In this document: positions 35,023 to 45,023 of the stretch, in pieces
How the letters are laid out: each line of letters opens with the position of its first letter
Numbering within the stretch: position 1 is the stretch's first letter
Source: Klebsormidium nitens
Lineage: Eukaryota > Plantae > Klebsormidiophyceae
Direction of reading: 5' to 3'
NCBI GenBank assembly: GCA_000708835.1
Contig: DF237293.1
Span: forward strand, 1 to 64,000
Length of the DNA: 64,000 bases
Made by a program: the position numbers and the translations under genes
The notes under the pieces: generated by a model
The model's input: the letters and a program-made list of their open reading frames with translations, nothing else
What the model was told of the DNA's origin: nothing
Database searches by the model: none

Positions 35023-38000
35023 ATGGCGGTACAGCTGCATCAGCTGGGGGCGGTTATGCAGTACGTCGTGTTTGGGATCTCCGTTGCGCTCGCCCTCTTC
35101 TTCATTGTGCAGACACGCCGGAAAAATGTCAACTGGGAAAGTGAGTCGGTACTACTTGAGTCAACCTTTGCTGTTTTCCTTCTCTCATTCTGATTCTCTG
35201 TAAGTGAGCTCTAGTTTTGTAGTTGGTGCACTTTTTAACTAGCTTGAATGGGGCAGACTTTCAGTAGGTTAGCAAGGGACACTGCCCGAAATTTGATGAG
35301 TGATTCGAGGTAGTTTACTTCAAACAACTAGCTAGAGCTGGCATAGCAGTGCTTTGGTTCCGCCATCTGAAGTAAAGTGAACCTCTCACTCACCTTGGAG
35401 GCAAAAAACTCCCTCTTGCTACAGGGAACTTGGGTAATCCTCATTCCACAGAGGCTTTCATTATACTTTTATGCTTGTCTAGAGAGCACGCCTCTTTTGC
35501 ATCATCTTACGAGAAGGCAGACTGGCCATTGACTGAAGAGCTAGTACGTCTGGAGTCTCAATCTCCCAATTCTACTGGAGGAAACTGGAGGAATTCGTCT
35601 GATTGTTCGACCAGGTTTTCAAGGTCATCGTTGTCAGACTGCATCCTGGCTCGTTGGGTGTCTACTTCTGCAGAGCACTTCCGGAAACATTGAAGTCGGA
35701 TATCAGAAAAGCACTGGCTCGTTCAAGATTTGCTGCATAAGATATCAAAAGCACAGATGTTGTGGTTTCTCCTCACATACCCGGGTAGTTGGGCTAGCGT
35801 TTCATAGCGTCCAGTTATGCACGTTGGGCGAACTTTGCTGCTGAATCTGTTCATGACGACTTCTGTGCCCAACTTTGGGTGCATAAGCTGGCCTCAAAAC
35901 AAGATACCGTCTTTCAGATGGCGAGATACAGACAATTGGCAGTTTAATGTCGCTTGCAAACATTCCTGCTCCTTCTAAACTTTGCTGGCACTTGCTGTTC
36001 GGGATTTTTCAATCAAAGCGGCCCCTTCAAGCCCCTCCCAAGTTCTCTTTGGTTTCCCTGGCCCTCGATATCAACACAAATACTGTTATGGTACTACGAG
36101 CAGTGGCCTGATGGGCTTCCGTTTGCAACTCCCTTGACGCTACCCCAGATCGTCAAAAGACTGTCCACTCATGAGTTCCTGCACTCGTTTTTTCAGTCCA
36201 CGATTTCATCTAGGTCGTTGTTAAGCCTTCATCTACCTATTCAGTCGTCTGTGAACACCGTCTTAGCCTCTGCTAACCTTCTCAGCTCTCCGTTAACCCT
36301 GCAGTCATCTTTGCCACCGCCGCCCTCGCGACCCTCTACATGCTGGAGCGTCAATGGGGCCCCGCCGGCCCCGCTGACATCAGCATGACGAGTTCGGGGC
36401 GACGGTTGCCGTGGTTCCGCTATGGGGAGTGGCTCCTGACGTTTCCTCCGTTATTGGCGGCGGTCGCAAATCTGACGGGGCTTGGGAGGCGGAAATGGGG
36501 CCAAGGAATGGCTCTGTTGGGCGCGCTCCAAGTTGCGCTTCTGGGGGGGGTCACGGCGGCATACAGCACGGGCCTTGCGGCGAAGATTGTTTTTGTAAGT
36601 GGGCCCTTGAGCCTTGACGTCGAGCTGACGTTATGCTGCGGCCTGCAATAACTGACATTGATATTTGTCTGACTGTGGCGCTCTGTCAAAATGGAACAGC
36701 GAGCAAAGCGCCTCAGCTCGAAGGTGGCTAATGGTGGCGACCGATGAACCGATTGCAGTATTTGTTTTGGTGGCCGACGCCGCCGCCTGTTTGATCATGT
36801 CCTGATTAGTGTCGTCAATCTGAGAGATTGCGTCCGGACATCAAGTTTTCTAGCCGAGACTCATAATCGAAGGATCCAACGCACCAGACTTAAGGCCTGG
36901 GTACGGATCGAGCGTAGATTCACTGAGCTCATTTCTCCAATCGAAGCTCTGCAATGATCTGATTTGCTGACGTTGCTCATTCTTTTCCTCCAGGCGTGCA
37001 TTGCGGCAGCTGCATATGCTGTTGTCCTTGTGCTGACGTCACTCACCTTCGGGCTGACGTATCGTGAGGTGCCCCTCTCCCTGCGGGGCTTCGTGTCGCT
37101 CCTGCGCGCCCTGCTGCTGCTGACGTGGCTTGTCTACCCCGTCACCTGGGCGCTCGGTCCAGCAGGTGAGGAAAGCATGATGTCAGCGCCACGTCACCAA
37201 AGCCGTGAAAGCTTTGAAACAACAAGCCGTCTTGCGGGTACATGATGAGAACAATCCGTATGTTACGACGACTGGATCGGCTAGCCTGGGCGTCACGAAG
37301 TTGGTCGGCCGTAAATTTGCACTGGACGAGCGTTCTTATGCACAGGAAGCCTGATGCGCCAACAATGTGTCGTTTCTATCTGAAAACCAGTCCAGTGTGC
37401 TAGCCTTACCACTCCACTGTGCTAGCCTTACGAGTTCGCAACAGTCTTCTTTCTGCTGAGAAAGCGTCCTGCTTCTTCATCAGAAGCCTTAACACCAATG
37501 TCCTCAAAGCAGATTGCTGAACGCTCCTTGTCGAACGGCCTCTCCGCAGGTTTCCGCCGGATCTCCTTCGACGGCGAAACGGTCGCGTTCGCTTTTGCGG
37601 ACATCTTCGCCAAGTGCGCCTGGAGCGTTCTACTGTGGTACTTCCGCCGGACAGTCCAAGTGTCCGTTCCGGCGCAGTTCTGGGCGACGCAGGCCGACGC
37701 GCAGGTGGGCGGGGTTCGAAAGGTTCTCGTTCTAGTTAACCAATAAGCTCAGGGTCTCACCGAAGCTGACTCGAAGGATCACGCGCTTTGCACTCGTACT
37801 CATCCTTACCCCCGCACTCATCCCAGCCGTCTTTATGGGTGTTCGGTGGGCTTATGATTCACCCATCTGAATCTGATTGGCATTCGGCATGTGGGGACCA
37901 GGATTTAAGTTTGGAGTTCGGGCGTTTGTCCGGAAACATTGTGATCGCCACGCGCGACCAATTTAAGCACCATCCAATAACACGTGTTTCAATTTAGAAG

Positions 38001-41000
38001 CTAGCTAGAAGCACGCTGTTGCCCGCCAGAAAATCTACACGTCACCCTGCTCTGAGTGGATGAGCAGACTCTTCGTGTAAGTTCGACATGGCGAATCTAT
38101 CTTTCACAACGTCGAAAACGAGTATGGTGTTTCTGCGTCAGCCAAGCCGAACCCAGCTGACGTACGCTGTTTTTCTTGTTTTTGGTCTCCGCAGGCCGCC
38201 CGGGCCGCCTCTTGGTAAGCTGCCATCGCCCAGCCGACGTTTCAATAAAAGGTCGCTGTAGAGAATTTGTCAAAGCAGAGACTTGAAATTCTGAGTCGTA
38301 TGCTTCTTTTCCTCTTGGCAGGCTGCGCCGGGCGCCGTCGGGGATACCGGAGTTGCCCAGCAGCTCCTTGGCAAGGGAGATCCGGTGCTTGTCTCCGGGC
38401 GCCGTTTTCAGCCGGCGGTCGCGGAAGTTGGAGAGGGATCCCCCTCGGGCAAAGAGCCGCTCCTATTGGAGGAACCAGAGGTCAGGACTTTTTCTTCTGG
38501 CATGAAGAGACCTTCGATTTGCGCGTTATCTTTTTGCATCTCTGCTTCCACAGCGTTTAGTGGAAAATGTGTTGTGGACTGGATGCAGACTGGCGAAGCC
38601 GTGGATTTGGACACCTTCGAGCTCTCGAACACATTGCGCTTTTGGAAAAGCCCAGCGCCTGCGTCCTTTGCAGTCCGCGCAGCAAAATTACGGACGAATA
38701 TAATCCGGAGAGACGTTTTGTATCCCATTCGCTCGCAAGCGTGTACTTTGAATGTCTTGAAGGAGTCTCAAGTCCTGCCTTATCCTTGATTTCTGCGCAG
38801 GAGGTGCCGCTGACTGGCTGGCCGCTCGGGCTCGCACGTACGCGTGTGCACGTGGCCCCCCGTGACGTCACCCGCCCCCGCGCTTCTCCCCGGTTCTGGT
38901 TTCCCGGTCTCTCCGATCAGATCCGCACAGAACAGGCGGCCTACAGCCCGACCGGAACGCCCTTTCCGGTCACTCGGCCCTCGTCCCTTCTTCCGAGCCC
39001 CAGACAAGAGCTAGAAACGGCGGAAGGGGTGACGGTCTACCGGAATCCGCTGGCTCTGACGGAATCCGGAGAGCAGGAGGTAGGCGACGCGGCCGTCGCG
39101 CGCGCGCGCGGGCGCGAGCTCGCGATCGATATTCCGGGGGAGGGTTCAGGCCAGCGGACGCCGGAGTGGGGCGGAGCGGAATCCTCTGAGGACCGGAAAC
39201 GGACTTGGGCGGCGTTTATCCGCTCTTTCGGTGCGCAAAAGTCGCCTCCTGAGACCAAGTCCGAGGAAGGCGAAGCCGGGTACAAAACGCTCGCCCGGCC
39301 GGAATGGCCGGGCTCTATTTCGGCGCGCAAAGAGCGCCCGGGGGAGAGTCAGTCTCGGTTCTGCCTGCGGCGACGGCCGAGGAAACCACACTCGCTTCGG
39401 AAGTTCCGACACCGACCAGCCGGCTCGAGAGAATTGTAAAAGGGCCGGAGGGATCCGGGGTGGACTCGTCCACCATGACGTCAGCGTCGAGAGCCTCCCC
39501 TTCCATGCTGACGTCAGCGGTCAGCCCGCCCGTTCCGCTGGTCGAGAGGGGAACCCCGCGCGCGACGCCCCGGCGGCGTCCGCTGCCGTTCTTCGATCCG
39601 GAGACCGGGGAAGTTAACCGGGGAGTGTTGGTGGATCCCATTGACGAGGAGTCTCCAGTGCCTGACGTCACGGAAACGTCACCGGTGACCTCATCCAGGA
39701 GGCGCCGGATGAGACGATCGGGAGTGACGGCGGAAGGCGATAGCGACGTCGACAGTTTTGATTCCGTTGGTTCCGGCATGGAAGAGTCCGACTCCGGGGA
39801 GTCAGGGGGCGGAATCTACATCGAAGAAGCAAAACCCAAGTTTAGAGTATTCTCAGGGCGCCCCTTAAAACCCGATGCGGGCAGCCCTCCGGTTACCGTA
39901 ATCCGGTCCCCGGATACCGGCGCGGCGGAAGCCGTTTCTCGGCGATTGACGTACGAGCCCTCGGGGCCTTCCCCCGCCCCCGCGCTCGTAGGACAGCTTT
40001 TTCCGGCGTCGAAGAACTCGCCCCCGGGCGCAGAGGCCGAACTTTTCGACGAGGAACGGCGGCGAGGGGACGGCCTGATCCTGGCCCGCCCCGCGCGCCG
40101 GCGGTTCGGGGACGCGGACCCGATGAGCCCGCGCGCTCGTAGGGTTTTGGGGCGCGAGGGTTCGGAGGGTTCGGGCGCGTCTTCGTCGCCGCGCGGGTCG
40201 CGGGGCGACATCGTAAGCCCTCGAAGCAGGAGCGGTTTGTCGCGCAGCCAGTCGGCGGAAGACCTGAACAGGGGGGGCATCTCCGTGAGTTTTGCACCCC
40301 CCCAGAGGCGGGCCGGCGGCTCGTTCGCGTACTACAGCGGGGGAAAGTTGGCGGACGTCCGGAGCAGCAGTTCCGAGAAGGACTTGTGAGCATATCTTTC
40401 TGTGACACGCAAACGAAAAAAGAGGATCATGCAGGGAGACGCAAAAGAATGAAGAGAATCATGCAGGGCAGTTGTCGATTGTTGATCAAACCCTCAACAA
40501 ACCCGCATATCTATTCGCGAGGTTTCTTAACACTGAAGCCAACGTCTCATTTCCAAAAGCTTTGCTAGAAGCTCTTGAGTGTGGCAGAGGGCTCTTGATG
40601 GTCGATACGCACTGTTTTGGCAAGCAGATTTGCTCTTCATCTTTTTGTTGGACGCTTTTTTGAAATCGCTAGAGCCGTTGGCAGGCTACGTGCCACGTGT
40701 TCCATCAAAAGTAATTTTTAGATTGTGGAAGCACATTCAAAAGGTCTTCTACAATCCTGAAAAGAATCTTGATGTGGACAACCCCTAGCACAGGTTCAGG
40801 GGCTCGACTTGGTCTGGGATTGAAAAGGTCTTCGGGACACTGTCAGTTGAATTTGAAAGTTAGGTTTGAAGTCTATTTAACCTTTATGTCCAGAGATGAA
40901 CGTGATACGTACGACCGCTCCAGATTGCAGGATCTCGAGCTTTCCAATCCTACTCTTTTTGGCCACTACGTATGGAAAGTTACGGACAACTTTGAGGTCC

Positions 41001-42150
41001 CCTTTCCAAGAACGAATGCTTCCTTTTGTCGATCACCTTTACACACGCGCGAAGCGTCCTGTTGAACGTTGACGTCCCTCTTGTCGCATCCACCGCTAAG
41101 GAGCTCTCTTGAAAACAAAACAAACAAACAGCTTTCATCCATTCTATCCGCAGTTCCGACTATTGGGGCAGAGTCACCGGAACTCCGGCGTCCATTCGGT
41201 CACCGGAGGCCGAAGCGGGCCCAGCTTTGGACGTTCCGTTCGTTCCGGCGCGCAATGAGGGGCCGGAATCATCCGCCACGGTGGGGCCTCAGGGTGACGT
41301 CGGCTTTGGGCAGCGTGAAATCAGCTTTGAGGAGCGTGCCGTCGGCTTCGCGGGGGCTGACGATAGGTTGCAGCGGTACGGCTCGAGTGGTGTTAGTTTT
41401 GAGAGTGACATCAGCGCGGTGCGGAGTGATCCGGGGCTGCTCCGGCGGCGACCGCCGGAAGCGGAATTCCGCCCGGATCTCGGCCGGAGGTCGCTTGGGA
41501 GCGCGGAGTTCACCTGGCAGCTCGGTGACGCATCCGGGGGGGACTCGGACTTCCGGCGGCGGTCCTTTCCGGTTCCGCAGTCCCGCGACCAGCGGAACGC
41601 AACGGAAGACATGCGCGAGTTTTTCCCCGCTGCGCCGGCGCGGCTGCTCGGAACGGGTGAAAGAGTGTCAATTTCGCGGCCGGACATTTCCGTTGAGCTC
41701 GAACCGCGGATTCCGGGCCCGGCACCGGAAGCGTGGGAGGAGGGCGCCGCTCAAGAAGTCTCCTTCCAGCCAGAAGCCGAAAGGGATCTCAGCGGAATGA
41801 CAATGACAGTACAAGCGGGTTCTGACAGCGGGGCGTTCCGGTCCGGAGAGAGCGGCATCGAGGCATCGAGCGGAAACGGAACACTGTCGAGTCTCGAGAG
41901 CGGAGCGATCGAGCAGCGGATCTCAGGGCTTGGGGAGGAGTCGGCGCAATTCGCCGGGCGCAATACGAGGCGGCCGTCCCCTTACTATTATTATTCCGGG
42001 GACGCGGTTACTCTTCCACCGGTCGCTTCTCTGGGAAGATTGGAGCCCATTGTCGAAGTCGGGTCGACCCCGGAAATGTCCCCCGAGTCGGCGGAGATGC
42101 GGCCGCGGACCGCGATCCGGTTCTATTCGCCGCAGTTCCGCCGGCGGTGA
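35023..42150 (+). CDS. Divergent channelrhodopsin-like microbial rhodopsin (7TM, ~245 aa) with a ~900 aa low-complexity cytoplasmic tail
   Basis: 7TM exons 35023-35140, 36305-36594, 36994-37165 and 37550-37704 give ...QYVVFGISVALALFFIVQTRRKNVNWE...LPWFRYGEWLLTFP...ANLTGL...TWLVYPVTWALGPAGF...ADIFAKCAW. This aligns without large gaps to CrChR2 (GWE, WLRYAEWLLTCP, SNLTGL, SWGMFP..LGPEG, DLMSKNCW). Tail exons are approximately 38322-38480, 38801-39279, 39333-40385 and 41154-42150; the tail model is less certain. Confidence 0.88.
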
Positions 42151-43629
42151 GCGGAATATACTGCACGGAAACTGACGGCCTGTTGGATATCAGTACGACC
42201 AAACGGACAACTAACTTATAATCGACAGACATCCGGAGGGCGATCAAACTAGCATCAGGGGGTGACCGGAAAAGATCTGACCGTTTTTGTCAAAGGCTTT
42301 GTACAATGCTTCTGTTGAGCACCGTTATGTCTATCGCATCCACTTGAGACTTGCAAGATTTCTGCTGAAATCGGACCGCGCTTGCGTTAAATCAAGAAGG
42401 ATAAGAGAGAACGATACCTGATTTTGCTTGCATAGGGTTCTGAACCGTCCGCAACCATTTGTAGGGTTGCGTAGGACTCTGAGAGGGTCACTCTTGCTCA
42501 CCGTTAGAATGCTTACGCAGGAAGCGAGATTGGTTACATCCAGACCCATTATCTGCCTTGTGCCATGCGCCCGGCCTGCCCCAGCTCGTCACCGTACTGT
42601 TTTCACTGAAATTGAGTTGAGAAATCAAAGCACTCAGTTATTGCATCAGTGACCTGTTCTTCATACTCAAGATACCGTGGCATGGTGCGGTTGAATCCAT
42701 TTCAAAACAGACCAGAGTGCCACTTGCATGCGTTACTTGCACATATTTCAGGCAGTTGCAATATCTAATGCGGCACATCACTGGCTGCTTACACAATCTG
42801 TTTCGACCATTGTTTGAATACGTGTTTGTCACGTACGGTAGCTCATGAGTATTGGCCGCGCGGTACGTGTCCGATGATACAACATCCATATCGCGGCCTA
42901 TCCTCAGATCTTCTCGGGCTCGACTCGCTAGCTCGGGGACTGGTCACTTCACGCCTACCGGCCCACTTTAGGGGCTGCGCCCACTGTAGAGTCTGCATAG
43001 AAGTTGCAATTAACGGTATTATCCTGATTGCAACTAAAGGCAGCGTTCCATCTAACGTAAGTAACTGTAATCTCTTGCTCTGTGTGCAGAGAGACGTATA
43101 GGCACGGATCGAAATCCCGTTGTGCTTGAATCAAGTCTGACGACGCCTGTCTCATGAAAGTCGAAACATGATCAAAATTCCGCGCGTCAGAAACAAGCAT
43201 GTTTGCGTCGGCCGTGCTGCAGTCCATATCACTTCCTGCTGTGGACACATTGGAGCCGACCCTCTCGTCTGCGCCGTTGTAGCGCCCGCCCTCAACGCAC
43301 CGGCACAACCGGCGGTCGATGTCGGGGTTTGATCTCTGGTTCTCAACAAGGTGGCGAGATTCCATGCTGTCGGTAACATTTGACTGAGACGTCGCACGCG
43401 GCGCTGGCGGACCGAAGCAGCTTAGAACAGCGGCATCGGTCACAACAACTACCAATCTATCTCGGAGAATTGAAAAGGGGCGTTCAGGTAGAGAAGAGTA
43501 GAGTGAATTTATTTGTCACGTGATGGCCACACTGAGAAGTACGGTTCCTCCTGGTTTAGAGCTATGTCAAGGACGCTTTTGTGCCACGTGCAGGAATCCC
43601 TTGTGGCAACATGCAACTAGCGAGACTGA

Positions 43630-45023
43630 TCAGAAGATCCCAACGGAGAACGCGTTATCCGCTGCTAACGCCTCTAGTCGCTCGCGTGTTTCCGCCGGTT
43701 CCGCTCTTGAGTAACGGATCTCTTTCATGTCGCACCAGAACTCAATGGGTCCATGTATCTGGGCCTCTACCAGGAAGGAAGCTTCGTCCGTTGCGTCCGA
43801 AAACTTCCGGTTGACGAGTCTGCGGATGTCCGCACTGGAGAAACCGCTCAGAATGTGGGCAAAGTGCTCACACGTGGCGGGAGTGTCGAAAGAGGACATC
43901 GAATCGCCGAGAGTGAAGGTAGCCCGTTTCCGGACGTCCGGGAGGAGCTCAAAGAGGCAGTGTCCGTACGAGAAAGCGCATCCCTGGGGGTGTTGGTACA
44001 GGTTAAGCGCGCCGTATTTTGGGCGTTCCGAGGGGATGGCTCCCTTCCCTCTGTGATACATCCCGGCAAAGAGTCGCCTTTCCCCTTCGTCGCGACTTTC
44101 TCCAAGACTGCCCGCTGAAATGTGCATTTCAAACTGGTTGCGGTAATGGGTATCGTTGAGAAACCCCTCGAGGACCGTTGATTGCATGCGGTCGGTACGA
44201 TTTTGCAGGATCGAAGTGGATAACGATGGGCGCACTTTCCCGGACGTACTGCAAAACCTGCGCGAGCGCGTCGCGCGCAAAACCCAGGTCCTTAAAACGC
44301 TGTGCCAATTTCGGGAGGGCTTTGTCGGACGCTTCCTTCGCTCTCCGACGCGCGTCCCGCAGAAACTCTTTTTGCGTGACCGATAGTCCTAGCCGGCCCC
44401 CAAACTCCTCGTCCGCAAGCCCACAGTTTAGGCCCCGGAACAAGAATATTCGAATAGGAATATTCGGAATTTTGCCGCCAGGAATTGGAATATTGGGCTA
44501 AAATTTTTCAGATATCTGGAATATGGGGTTTGGATTTTTTTGAGGATTGGAATATCAAGTTTGGACCAAACAGGCCAAAGAATTGGGCATTTCGTTCTGA
44601 GATTGAGCATTTTGTAAGAATATTGTATGAATATGGAATATTTCAAGCCCCAGGCATTGGAATACCGCCCAATTTGGAGCTAGGAGTATGGAATATCCAG
44701 ATTCCAAACCCATATATTCTTGTTCTAGGGCCGACACAGTTTCTAGCCTGACTTGCGCTGTCCGTTTAAGTTGCCTTCTCTTCCAAAGACGTTTCCTTCT
44801 CACGGCTTTTCGCTGAAGCGTTCGTTTTCGAACTGGCCAACTCGCTCTTGTTCGAAGGCCCTACCTCTCTTTCAAAATCCAAAGCTTCCAAAGACGGAAC
44901 GGTCTCAAGCCTCTTCTTTATCTCCTTGGCAGGCGCACCCCTCACCCTGGACTCTCCAGTATTCCGTCGAGCAACGGAATCCGGCGCGGCACGCCGGCGA
45001 GGGCGGAAATTGTAGCAGCCCAT
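43630..45023 (-). pseudogene. Disrupted DUF3626-like gene copy
   Basis: Homologous throughout to 47779-48777 (ESAPIVIHFDP, STVLE, YRNQFE, KYGALN, TFT.GDS, FLVEAQIHGPI). It has an in-frame TAA at 44766-44768, a 305-bp TIR element at 44429-44733 and a 4-nt insertion at about 44184-44189 that shifts the frame inside the domain. Confidence 0.8.
44429..44733. mobile_element. 305-bp MITE, hAT-like, inserted in the DUF3626-like pseudogene
   Basis: 21-bp TIRs TAGGCCCCGGAACAAGAATAT / ATATTCTTGTTCTAGGGCCGA (3 mismatches). Direct repeat CACAGTT at 44422-44428 and 44734-44740. The AT-rich interior has at least 7 GGAATA motifs. Confidence 0.85.

Noticed and set aside
35430-35693. Possible rhodopsin exon 2 after CACAG at about 35451
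   Set aside because: The translation has no TM2 character and ends in a stop. The exon at 36305 supplies TM2-TM4 in the right phase.
41069-41800. 243-aa ORF overlapping the last rhodopsin exon, and minus-strand ORFs at 39315-40408
   Set aside because: Arg/Ser-rich alternative frames of GC-rich coding DNA. The frame ending at 42150 is the one joined by consistent splice phases.
42955-43455. 166-aa minus-strand ORF downstream of the DUF3626-like pseudogene
   Set aside because: No ATG start, no convincing donor, no recognisable motif and no partner exons found. It could still be an unrecognised exon.
44165-44200. A small intron rescuing the DUF3626-like frameshift
   Set aside because: The only GT-AG pair spans about 32 nt and would delete the conserved STVLE motif.
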